Origin: Corallochytrium limacisporum Hawaii | Lineage: Eukaryota > Protista > Pluriformea | DNA: 64,000 nucleotides | Reading direction: 5' to 3' | NCBI GenBank assembly: GCA_002811645.1 | Contig: PDIP01000060.1 | Location: 1 to 64,000 of the forward strand | Shown: positions 46,738 through 58,875 of the stretch, piece after piece | Position numbering within the stretch: position 1 is the first letter of the stretch | Layout: every line of letters starts with the position of its first letter | Notes under the pieces: model-generated | What the model was told of the DNA's origin: nothing | The model's input: the letters and a program-made list of their open reading frames with translations, nothing else | The model's database searches: none | Translations under genes and position numbers: made by a program

Positions 46738-46770
<33 letters not shown>
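46738..46770. repeat. (AC)n microsatellite
   Basis: About 16 perfect AC units. Confidence 0.95.
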
Positions 46771-46771
<1 letters not shown>

Positions 46772-47961
46772 GACCACCACCACCACCAAAGGGGGACTGT
46801 CCAGCACATTGCCTTTCCTTCCCCCGGGGAACGGGCTACCTTTCCAAAGGAATGCAAACAAATCAATAGAAGACGGACAAAATAAAAGGAGTAGGGAATT
46901 ATGAAGAACTGAAAGCTATGACCAAGGAACCGACAAAAAGAAGAAGGACTGCTACGGCGGACAGGTTGGCAAGATTCTTCAGCACTGCGTCACGTCGACC
47001 AGTCGGTCCCCAGCCGAGACGTTCAGGAAAGTTACAGTACGCCGACCCTTCTCCGACTGCCAATCAATACTTCCTACTCCCAGCACAGAAGATAATAAAG
47101 CAACTGCAACAGAACGCCCTCGTATTCGATGGATAGAACAACGCGACGGGACCGCGATCTACCCGCCTCTTATTGCCGTCCTCGTAGAGCCTGAAAAGGC
47201 TGCTTACTGCAACAAGACATGAGAAAAGGATCCACATGCACACCACAACCTACCCTGATCATACCCTTCAGGAGGTGTGTTCGTATTTTGGGCTTCTGCT
47301 CATCAGTGAATCATAACACAACACGACGCAATGGTAATTTTATTGCCAAATTACTTCCGCCACACTCGGTGACTCACAAGAGACGACTCGCCCTTCGCCA
47401 GGTTCGGGCGGTTTAAGGAACACAGACATAACTCGGCAACATATGCCACTCGGAAAAATGTTTTTCCCGGGTACTTGTTGACCACAATAAAACGATGAGC
47501 CATAACACATCACCGACAGGAATTCGCCATGGGCGGCCGGACCTGCTGTGGGGCAACGCCACGCTCTCCCGAAATCCGTCTCGCCCATTCATCGAAGCGG
47601 AAGTTAAAGTTTTTTGCAAGATCAAATTTCATTGGGTACGATCCGCCTCGTGGACCAGAAAACTGTGCCCACTGGGTGCTGGCATTACTCTGCAGCTCTC
47701 TATTTCCCATGTAAAATGGTGACCGCATCGACGGTCCGCAATCGCGGTCGTCGTGGAGGCTTCCAGTTTGTCGCGGTGGATTGGGCGGGCTTTCCCTGAA
47801 ACACCCCAACTGATTTCTTTTAGATTCCCTGTGTGATATGAGAGAACAACAGTGCCAAGCACTGTTGGGCCAGCGACGTGGATGCGTAAAACTGTAGGAG
47901 GCAGGCCGCCTGCTCGCAACCACACCGATGCAAAAGCGCACAATTTTTGTTCAATTAATTA

Positions 47962-48663
47962 CTAGGACGCGCCCCTTGGAACTGTTGCAGAAGCCGACGA
48001 CTCACATGTACAAACACCTAAAATGTTAAAACATTGTTCCGCCATAGAGCGCACGAGGATGACTCGAGAAGCAATATTCTCGGGCTAGATGGTGCTGATG
48101 ACACTCTCTGCGGTGTTTTGTACGAAGCACTGCCAATTTTCGACGATGAGGTTCAGCCACTGAGTGAGTAACACGGATCCGATGTCAGAGGCTTCGTGAT
48201 TGGAAAACTGGGGTGGCGAGCGGGGAACTTAGCAAAACACCGAGCTTGTTTCCTCTAATGCATAATTCCCTAGCAATGGCGATGCGAACTCCTCCGAACA
48301 AGCATGGCCCACAGCAATTAACAATGAGAAACTGAGCAGAAAACCTTCCGGAGGTCGGCATAGAATCATTCTCCTAGCATGACAAGCACAGTTTTGCTTA
48401 GAATTACGGTAATATGCACGCGCAAGAGGAATTCTTATACTCCCACTAGTCCGTTACGCTCTCCACAACGGGCTGCGGCATGAGCAATTATGGAAAAGAT
48501 CCGCATTTTCTTGAAATCTGCCAAGGAAACACCGCACACCGCAAACAGAAGAAACTTTACTACCGATGGGTTGAAAAAGGACATTCATACTGCATTCCTT
48601 GGTATTCATCAACAAACGTTTTGCATCATCTTCTCTCATTGTTATTATGTCATATGGTAACAC
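47962..48663 (-). pseudogene. GNAT acetyltransferase (RimJ/RimL-like) relic
   Basis: N-terminal YDIITMREDDAKRLL and C-terminal DIGSVLLTQWL...VISTI*PENIASRVILVRS lie in one frame of 234 codons with three internal stops, ending in TAG TAA. ERNGLVGV appears in an adjacent frame at the expected position. Confidence 0.55.
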
Positions 48664-51600
48664 CTATGAATTCTTCCGTTGTCTGGGGAAAGGAGGGGGA
48701 AAGACCTAAGCTTGTTGGTGTTTATCTTTCCCCCATTTCCTCATCTGTCACTTCCCCCCCTCCCCCCCCCTTCGCGGCCGCCTTTTGTGAAATTCCTTTC
48801 CCCCGCGTTAGCGGATATTTCACCGAAGATGGTCCGCTGCGTGCGCTTCCAGCCGCTTTGTCCGTCCCCCTGTCAAGCCCCATACCTCGCCCTTCGAATT
48901 GTGCCGGGCTCTGACGTTAGCCCACACACACTCTCTCTCTCTCTCCTCGCCGTTGGGACCGGACTATGTAATCTGAGAGCGAAGTAGAGTTGTTGTTCGG
49001 TGTTCATCACAATTTGTACCCAATTCTGTCATTTTTAGCGCACCGATCGTGCGGCTTGCGTGCGCGAGCCTGCGTCCAGTGGGTTGCGCGTTGAAGATTG
49101 AAAAAACATCTTAAGTCTTTGACATATATGGATTTCTGTGGCGGGCCCTGAGGAAACCTCATATATCCGCTCCGCTCCGCTCACACACGTTATATTCTCA
49201 CACGGACGCAGGCCCATAGAGAGAAGTATGTTTGTCCAATGCAACGCATAATATTGGTCAAGACAGTCTTTATCTGACTATGGGATAGTGGACCCACCCC
49301 TACGGTCGATTCCACAGATGGCTTGCACTAGATTGCACCTGCGACAACGCCACACCAATCCGAAGGTTGAAGAAGAATACGTGTGTGGTGACGAGCAGAT
49401 TGCATGCAGGGAAGGTCCAAGCCCAAACATTGTCGGCATCCCGCAATCTCTTGCAATCTAGTGCACAGCATTTACATGGAAACTGTTTCAAACTACGGCC
49501 ACCAGCCAAGTATCGGAATCTATCAAGACCAAAAGTGCGTCTCTTTGGCTTGTCCGCAAGATCTGAACAAAAGTGCGTGCATCGATTGTTCTCAACACGG
49601 AGACTTTGTCTTGTCCCTATCTCTACTGTCCCCGCCCTTTCGTCGTTCTGTCACATTGGTGGGTCGCTCCTTGCTGCCCCAGTTGTGTTTCGCCTTTTTT
49701 GATCGGAATATGTATATTCGACAAACCCGTCCCTTGTCCAACACACCCACACGGTCCCCCGTATCGATTTCCCGGGTTTCTCAAAGATAAATGACCTTGC
49801 CTGTACACTTACTCGCGCAACCCCACGGATAACAAGGTGCAAAAGAAGGACAAGGTGTGGGGAGAAGGATCCCCGATGGGAATGCATATTCCCCGCACCA
49901 CCAAACTTTTTCTTCCATGGATTCTAGATTCGCTCTCGTTCTGACCAGTTCGTCCCTTGCGTTGAACTAGAAAGCAAAGCGGCGGCATAAAGGGCCATGA
50001 GGCGCAAATAGATTTTCATGAAATCCAAATCGAACAGCCATGCTATTCCACGTTGCTTGTGCATTGCATGTTCGTTTCTCTTTTCATATAAATCCATGGC
50101 GAGTAGAACCTCCACGAGGACTAAATGCCGCATTAAATCAACTTTGTGCTCGGGTGACTACCGTCATTTATTGGCGCAATGCTCGGGCCTGCGTCAAGGA
50201 GGGGAGCCTCACGTCTTCGGAAGGCTTGCCACATGTATTCGAAACTTCGGGCATAATTTTTCATTCGCCCCCGCATGAAGTGGCACAAAAATAAGCAAGG
50301 CAACATTCCAGCATTGGCAGAACCAACAATAAGCTATGAAGTGTACGGCAAGAAAAACATTTGTCAGAGACATATTCGGAGATATTTGCAGAAGAAAATA
50401 GAACGCTAATGTAATAAGTGCGGTTTCATGCGGCTGGCTAGAGATGCAGTGCGCCACAGTGTATTACTTCCGAAGACCGTTGCGGGACAAACAATTTAGA
50501 CCGACGATATACTACACAGGTGCGTCGATTGGTGGTGTTTACATACTTTTTAAGCAAGAAATGTTATATTCCACAGTGTTATCTGGCTACAAGCCAACCC
50601 GGAGTATATGACAGGCGCAACGTCTTTACAAATTAACAGTACGTTCACCGGGAATTCAGGATTGTGCTTTACGGACTCAAGAACTAACGACGTCCACGTT
50701 GTGTCAGGTCTGCAGACGGCTGACGAACGAGTACAAGTCCGCCAACACATACAAATTCACAGAACTTCTAATTTCACTAGGTCTTTGGTCTTGTCGCCGA
50801 TTATTCAGCGGTGGACAAGCGTTCCCACCGGCCGAGCCGCGCGCTCGTCAAGTTCGTAGGCGTTGACCATCGGAACTTTCCAGCCGGCTGCTACAAAACA
50901 TGTCACCTTGCAGCCCTCGCGAATGAAAACGAATTCGTATATTCCCGTCATTTGAACAAGTATTCCATGCATCGCAAGGAACTCTCAGACCAGGTTCTTA
51001 GGATTGCGTTATGAAGGAATCCAAAAGTGTCCATGAAATTTGTATGCCTGACAGAAGATTAAACACACATGTGTCACCTGCCGCTGTCCACCTACACATA
51101 TTGACGTGCATACGTCTCCGCACGTCAAAACAGAGCTTGAGCTTGTGCCTCCTCCACACGGCAATCCGCCCGAGAATCGCCCAATTGAATGAGTTGCGTA
51201 TGAGTGACACACCACGACTTGGGCTCCCGTGAGGATCTGTGCTGACAACTGAAGTCTCGCGCTTTGAAGTCTTTCACTTTATCAGTAGAGATGCACAAAC
51301 CGCTTTTATCCCCCGCATACGTAAGCCCAGCTGCATGGCCTCTTGCAGTTAATTTTTGATGAGCCCAGAAACGAGAAGGCGTGCGTGCCGATTTGGCATT
51401 CTCTTATTTTTCTTGTATTTTCCCTGTCTTTCGTCGTTAATACTGAAAGCACTTTTCAGAATTCCATTGTCTCATTCTAACCTGTTCGCATCGTAAGGAC
51501 CCAAAGAAGGAAGGTGTCCAGGTATGAATACTAGATCACGTCCGCGTCTGAAATTCCGCTGGTGACCCCTAATATATTACGTGAAGATTGGCCATGTGTA

Positions 51601-52667
51601 TGTTTGACCCTGTTAAGTCCCTTGGCCTTCCGTAAACAGACGCAATGAACGGAGGAGAGAGATGTATCTTCTTATGGTTCAGTTCATGCATCATTAATGT
51701 ACAAAGTCTTCTGTGTAACAAGGATATTCTGCCTATTCGGAAGAACGCGCGCAACCCGAAATATCATATAAGATGAATATTGCCCTTCATCTTCGTACAT
51801 ACAATGCAAGCAGAATATGAATGGCGGTGACGCTTGTAGCATCAGATGCCATGGTAGGTCGTGGTTTGTCAACGGATCAACATTTTCTTTTTGCGCACAG
51901 TACGCAACGGGTCCGTCATCTCTCGCAGAACATTGGACTTGATCGCCCACAACTCATGGTACCGTCCTCGCGATCCCCAGTGAGCCTTACTCGAAAGCGA
52001 ATGTGTTCCCATGCGAGAATGGAAGGTAACTGGTCCGCGAGGGAGGGGATGGGGAAGGGGTCCATGGACTGGTCGACATCTTCTTTGTGAAGAAACGCAA
52101 TTAGAGAATGAAGTGAAGCGGACGTCTTCAGGTTCCGAGGGCTTGCGGGGGCGGACAACAAAATGAGTTGAGGGTACTAATGTGTATAGTTCGCGGGCAC
52201 CCTGATACTGATCTCTAGGGGACAAAGGACATGCTGGTGTTGTGAAAATCGGAGCCCAGTTGCAAACCACATAGTCTTCCGATTTCAGTGACTAAAGAAT
52301 TTTTTTTTGGTTTCGTTTCGCGGTTGCTTGTGATTTCTTCACTTGCGCATTATTGCATAGCGAAGCGAGTAAGCCCCGTGACCACGGCAGTGCGTTAGTT
52401 TCTGGAAATGTTCCTAAAGCCAATGGTATGGGCGGGGTGGGTGTGCGGGTGGTGAGTGTGCTGGCAACTGCGGCTAGATCTATCCTTGAATAGGAAACGA
52501 GAAGAAATGCTTCCGTCTTGTTTTGCCGGAACGAACTATATAATAACATTTTGTCCCTCAACTGCGTGGGTTGTGCGCTCTCTGTTGTTGTAGAGATGGG
52601 ACTACCAGCTGGGTGTTGCGGAGCTGGGGCTTGGGGGTGGAAGGGGGTTTGAAGGGCCCATAGCTTT

Positions 52668-53569
52668 NNNNNNNNNNNNNNNNNNNNNNNNNNNNNNNNN
52701 NNNNNNNNNNNNNNNNNNNNNNNNNNNNNNNNNNNNNNNNNNNNNNNNNNNNNNNNNNNNNNNNNNNNNNNNNNNNNNNNNNNNNNNNNNNNNNNNNNNN
52801 NNNNNNNNNNNNNNNNNNNNNNNNNNNNNNNNNNNNNNNNNNNNNNNNNNNNNNNNNNNNNNNNNNNNNNNNNNNNNNNNNNNNNNNNNNNNNNNNNNNN
52901 NNNNNNNNNNNNNNNNNNNNNNNNNNNNNNNNNNNNNNNNNNNNNNNNNNNNNNNNNNNNNNNNNNNNNNNNNNNNNNNNNNNNNNNNNNNNNNNNNNNN
53001 NNNNNNNNNNNNNNNNNNNNNNNNNNNNNNNNNNNNNNNNNNNNNNNNNNNNNNNNNNNNNNNNNNNNNNNNNNNNNNNNNNNNNNNNNNNNNNNNNNNN
53101 NNNNNNNNNNNNNNNNNNNNNNNNNNNNNNNNNNNNNNNNNNNNNNNNNNNNNNNNNNNNNNNNNNNNNNNNNNNNNNNNNNNNNNNNNNNNNNNNNNNN
53201 NNNNNNNNNNNNNNNNNNNNNNNNNNNNNNNNNNNNNNNNNNNNNNNNNNNNNNNNNNNNNNNNNNNNNNNNNNNNNNNNNNNNNNNNNNNNNNNNNNNN
53301 NNNNNNNNNNNNNNNNNNNNNNNNNNNNNNNNNNNNNNNNNNNNNNNNNNNNNNNNNNNNNNNNNNNNNNNNNNNNNNNNNNNNNNNNNNNNNNNNNNNN
53401 NNNNNNNNNNNNNNNNNNNNNNNNNNNNNNNNNNNNNNNNNNNNNNNNNNNNNNNNNNNNNNNNNNNNNNNNNNNNNNNNNNNNNNNNNNNNNNNNNNNN
53501 NNNNNNNNNNNNNNNNNNNNNNNNNNNNNNNNNNNNNNNNNNNNNNNNNNNNNNNNNNNNNNNNNNNNN
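52668..53569. other. Assembly gap (N run)
   Basis: Ns between G-rich and C-rich flanks. Confidence 0.99.
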
Positions 53570-55739
53570 TACTCCTCGCCCCCCGAACCCCACCCAGAGC
53601 CCCACCCTTCCAACCCCCCAGGCTCCTCGAGAGGAACGGACAGTTGATTGCTTGCAGCTACTGTCCTTTGGGGAAATACCTTGTAGTTTGCTCAGAAGTT
53701 GTACTATCCATAAGATACGGACACTCCCACTTTAATAGCGCAGCCCTTGCCCAATCAAATATCTTTTTCTTGTCTGCGCGTGGGTGTGGACTTCGTTTCA
53801 AGCCAACCAGGCCTTACCCTACCTTTCACCTCAATGGGTACTTTTATATTGGCCGACAACTGATGATAACGCAGAATCTTCTTAATTGGAGGGTTTGATG
53901 GCTTCCTCTTTTCTTTGGTTCATCAGCCCCTTGCCGGTTCTTCCCACCGCAACATCCCACGTCACAACTTCACAACGTACGGAACAGATCGGTGCCAATA
54001 CACAACTTGATCTTCGTGGTTTTCGTTTCTCTGATCCACCGACAGTGCGTTTACCTTCCACTTTACCACCGGTGTTGTGAAAAAAACCCCTCCGGGGGTT
54101 CGGTCTAAGAAAACAAAGGACGGGGCTAATTTGTACGTTCGCTTAACAGCTATCTCCCAAGACCCTGTGACCCACGACGTGGGGTTTTCTTTGAATGGCA
54201 AAGTAACCGTGATTCCGCTCGAGCGGCTAATCCTGGTGTATACGGAAACCTTGCCATAGGCTCCTCCTCTCTATAGTAGGCGGGCATGGTGGTGTCCCTG
54301 ATTGGCATCGTGAGTTCTGAACTATGTCCCAACCCCGCTTGTACTTTATCTGTTGGTGAGTTGTTACATGCCCGATGGCTACTTATGAATACAGTCGCCT
54401 CAAGGTGTGATGCACCTTGCCCAAGGAGCGAGCGAAAAGTAACGTGCAGGGTCAAGACATCGTGACAATGGCTTTTCCCCCCTCTTCACCATGTTTACGA
54501 TTTGGTGCAACCTGAAATTCTACACATGAGGAAACACATTCAGAATGAAAACGATGAAATGAGTGAAACACAGAAAAAACAAGGGGATCAAGCGCATGAT
54601 GAATTATGCTTTCTTCACTAGATCAAGGTAGTGATCCGAAACTACACATTCTTTGGTGATATACCGTTTGTTTCTTGTGTACTGGTGTTTCGGATGTCAA
54701 TTCATGAGATATTGTTTGTGTACACACTGTTGCGATGTTGTCTTCGTCCTTCTCTTGGTTGTTGCCGCTCACTATGTGTGGAATGCGCACCGAGGGGATG
54801 ATGTTGTACATGAGAAACAGCATATATTTGGAAGGTTGCTACATTCTTTCCGTAGTCTCCACCTCGGCGACCTTCCCCTTTCTTTTCCCTTCTTCTTTCC
54901 CCTGCCTCCCCTTCCGGCCCCTCCCCCTTTCGTCTTTTCTGATCGCAGACCTGTCCCCCCTGCTGGGGCTTCAACGTTGATTCTCGCTCAGATTAGTTAA
55001 GGGTGTCGCGCAGACATGAGTATTACTTTCACCAAAACAAGAACAAGCGTACAACATCACTGCAACAGTGGGAGGACGGGTAAACCGGGAGATAGCAGGA
55101 AGGGTGGGGAAAGAGAGTTGTAAAGGCGAGGTTTTGCCAAGAGAAGTGGAAGGGGGAAAAGGTGAAACCAGAATCCTCATTGTTCTAAATGGTAATGCCG
55201 GGCAAGGAAAAGGAAAGTACTGACTGTACTTATATTCGTCGAAGGGCGACAAACACGGTGCAGCAGCGAAGGCAAAAGAAACATTCTATTTCCGTCCAAC
55301 GTAACATTGAAATAGTAAAACCTTGTAACACCGGGTTTTGGCATATCTGGCTTGGCCACATAAAATGGAATGAGGTGAGTAAACTCCTTTTTCATCACCC
55401 TATCCCATGGAACGACGCAAAACCGGCCTCACAAAAATGTGCCTACGCATAACAAAATTCAGTAATGGACTACGGAACACTCACAGTTTGTGATACGTCC
55501 AAGGTCCGATGTCTGTGGTTGGGAAAAATTGGCTACCGGAACAAAGCAGTGCGCTTCTAACCGAGAACCAGGGAAAACAATTTTCTTCGAAGACGACAGC
55601 AAAATTTTGAAGCTTGTACTTAAAAATCTCAACGACCGGACAAAGGAAGGGGAGCCCGGCCGTTAAACAGTTTCATGTTTGTGAGGGAAAGGAAGGGGAA
55701 GGACACAGGGGCGAAGGGGAAGGGGGAGGGGGAGGGGGN

Positions 55740-55999
55740 NNNNNNNNNNNNNNNNNNNNNNNNNNNNNNNNNNNNNNNNNNNNNNNNNNNNNNNNNNNNN
55801 NNNNNNNNNNNNNNNNNNNNNNNNNNNNNNNNNNNNNNNNNNNNNNNNNNNNNNNNNNNNNNNNNNNNNNNNNNNNNNNNNNNNNNNNNNNNNNNNNNNN
55901 NNNNNNNNNNNNNNNNNNNNNNNNNNNNNNNNNNNNNNNNNNNNNNNNNNNNNNNNNNNNNNNNNNNNNNNNNNNNNNNNNNNNNNNNNNNNNNNNNNN
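55740..55999. other. Assembly gap (N run)
   Basis: Ns inside a (GGGGGA)n tract. Confidence 0.97.
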
Positions 56000-56445
56000 G
56001 GAGGGGGAGGGGGAGGGAGGGGGAGGGGGAAAAGGACCGGCGGGCCAAAACGTACCGGGTTTTCAGTGATAGGAGCAGTACAACCGCACCAGAGAAAATT
56101 TTTTCACTTCACTACTTTTCTATCATTCAACGGTGCCTTTGTTCGGGCCATTAACACGGCCACAGACAATGTGGGCAAAAAGGGAAGTGGAAAGATGGGG
56201 CTGTCGGCAAAGGAGGAGTTTGCGAAGGATGAATGAAGTGTTCACTTAGGTCGGACGTAACGTTTGGTCCTGTTATGAAGTTTTTAACGACGAAAAGAAG
56301 CAGCTTAGTTTTCTGCAAGTCACGTCAACAAATTCTATTCCTTTAAGGTTAGGTATTTGATCAAGACAAGGAAGTTTAACGGAAAGGTTCTTCTTTTAAT
56401 CTTAGGAAGCAAATTAGTCAAGCTTATTCACACATACAGAACACT

Positions 56446-56736
56446 ATGGCACCGTACAACGGAGAACTCATCATGCCTCAGCCCGTCAAGGCTGTGAGCA
56501 CTGTGCCCTGCAACTACAACAAGTCTAGTGAACTCGCTGCTCAAGCTGAGATTCTGGCCATTCTTAGCCGGAAAAACACCAGTGCACCTGGCTACAGTTC
56601 ACAAATGAGCGTGGCTTTCAGCCCCGTGCCTCAGCACCGTGTCGCAAGTGCCATGGACTTGCCCATGCGCAGCAAGAACCCTATGTGCTTGGATCGCCAC
56701 TTCAACAACTGTTCAGTGGATCCAGCCATGGTGTAA
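56446..56736 (+). CDS. 96-aa uncharacterised microprotein
   Basis: ACTATGG start context, codon usage like the intact genes (AAC, AAG, TAC, CTG, GCC), GC-richer than its AT-rich flanks; motifs AEILAILSRK and PMRSKNPMCLDRHF. Confidence 0.65.
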   Translation: MAPYNGELIMPQPVKAVSTVPCNYNKSSELAAQAEILAILSRKNTSAPGYSSQMSVAFSPVPQHRVASAMDLPMRSKNPMCLDRHFNNCSVDPAMV

Positions 56737-57309
56737 GCCCTGCCAGCGTATGAAAAAACCAGCATAACATATCTCGTCCATGACTCATTCATTCTTGTGT
56801 AACATCCATTCTTTTGAACTCGTAATATATACTTACCATACTTGTCAAAGATCACTCAAGCAATTCGTCCAATAACTTGTCTCTTGAAGTCTTGTGAGCT
56901 CACTAGCAGTCTATGTATTGAATGCTGTTGAAGTTTTCAGTTTAAAAGCGTCACAGGTCCTTGAAAGTGTCTAGTAATCCGAATCTCTTGTGTCAGCATG
57001 AACACTATCATGAGCCAAACAGGACTATTCTGGGACTCCAAGACCAAACCATGAGCATGGTAGAGAATCTTAAGGGTGTTTTATCTATTGGAACCATAAA
57101 AACTGTACTGATGTGGCACCCTTGTTCCAAACATGGCGTCTTGATGTCTGTGATGACCAAATGGTGTCGAAAACTAGACTCCCGTCTCTCCAGCCACGTA
57201 ACGTGCCCGAAATCTGGGGGTGATTTACATAGATTAAAAAATGTTAATCATATATGTGAATCAAGTCAATGACCGCATAAATTATATTGATTATTTTCCT
57301 CCCATTTGC

Positions 57310-58560
57310 CCGAAGGTAGGGAAGGGAGAGAAAGAGGGGAGAATGTGGGGAGGGGGCGGGGGTGTCTCAACCCTCTCTCCCCTCCCCGACCCCCCCTCCC
57401 CCCCAAACCGCGTCCCGCTTTTCCTGGAGAGAGCGAGAGAGAAGGGGGGACTGGGCCTTTTTACCATCCCTCCCTTCCTTCCCTACAAAAAGCAAGAAAA
57501 GTAAAAAGGGGGAGAAAGAAAAAAAAAATGGAAGAGAGAGTCGGCACACACACACACACAGAGGCACACACCAAAAGACCCAGGGAGAGCGCAAGAATAA
57601 ATCTAAAAAAAATAGAACCCCCCCCCAGCCCTTTGACCTTCTCACTCTCCCACTCTCTCTCTCTCTCTCTCTCTCTCGCTCTTCTCCAAGGCGGCTACCC
57701 GCTCGTTGGGAGGGGCGGGGTCTCGGCCAACGAACCTTTCAACTTCCCCTCGCCCTCTCTCCTTTCTGTAAAAAAAAAAATTGAAATATTTTGCTTCAGC
57801 CTTAAGAAAAAAAAAGGGGGGGGGGCTAAAAAAATTAGAGTCCCCATCCCTGCTCCCCCCCCACCAAACTCCAGGCCCTGGGGAGGGGGGGGACCCCAGG
57901 GGCAAAAGTGGCGGGAAAAAGTTGGAAATGAGGGACCTCCCTCTCCCCCCTTTCCGCTCTCTCTCTCTCTCTCTCGCTCTCTGTCCTCTCTCTCTCCCCC
58001 CCCCCTCCCTCCCTCCTCCTTTGGCCCCGCGGGGGGGGGGGGGGTGCGGTTTTTGGAATATATCAGAGAGAGCCCCTCGGTGAGGATGGGGGGGGGAGAG
58101 AGAGAGAGAGAGAGGTAAAAGGGCAGCTCGGACCATTTCTTTTTGTTACTTTTCTTTTTTCGGGGTGTGCTTGGCCGGCAGGCAAGAGCTCTCTCTCTTT
58201 CTCCCCTCCCCCCGGGGCGGCCTTTTCTTTTTCTTGCTGCCTTACTTTGCTGCTGAGTCTCGCTGGGACGTGTAAATTTCCATCTATTTTGTACCAACTT
58301 CCGGGAGTAAGTAGAGACAAGAGGACCGGACGAGGAGAGGGAAGGGAGGGGAAGACAGGGTCGGAGTGCCAAGGCCGCCAGCGGTGGCGGTTTTTGAGAC
58401 CGGCTCTCTCGTTGTGTGCCCAAAAACTCTCGAGCGGGAAGGCGAGGGTGGGTTCAAGGACGGTAGTGGGGCCTCTATACTCCCAGAAGGGAGGAGGGGG
58501 GGGAGGGGGAGGGGTTTGATTGAACCGCGAACTTTTTGTGTCTTTTTGGGTCTTTTTTTG
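57310..58560. repeat. Low-complexity island upstream of the coiled-coil gene
   Basis: (CT)n about 57654-57676 and 57957-57996, (GA)n about 58096-58113, long A, C and G runs. Confidence 0.85.
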
Positions 58561-58875
58561 TCTTCGTTCGTGCTTCTGAGACAAGGACCGGCCTTGTTGC
58601 CTATCGACGGGTGACAAAAGGCACGTATGTGTGTGTGGTTATTACTTTGGAAATGACTCGGCTTCCCGTGTTCATCTTAACGGTGGTTCGAATGAACCGG
58701 GAGAATCATTGACGGCTGGTACAAAACAGGTGCCTCGTAGTCTTGCTCGGAACTCAACGCTTGCTTTTCGAGAAGCTGTAAAGGAAGACATTTATCCCAT
58801 TTCCACGGTTTCAGCGTGTCATGTAAATACAGCTCCGTCGGGACACCCAAAGGAACACAAACTGTTAATTGAAGC

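Noticed and set aside
52292-53613. Long ORFs spanning N gaps (also 9602-10399 and 55614-56154)
   Set aside because: Open only because of Ns.
56829-56840. ATACTTACC resembling the U1 snRNA 5' end
   Set aside because: Not followed by TG, no U1 stem-loops or Sm site, and it lies in a 3'UTR-like region.
57306-58617. ORFs of 150-270 aa in low-complexity islands (also 15.3-17.8 kb, 24 kb, 28.5 kb)
   Set aside because: Translations of microsatellites and homopolymers (ERER, LSLS, HTHT, PPP).
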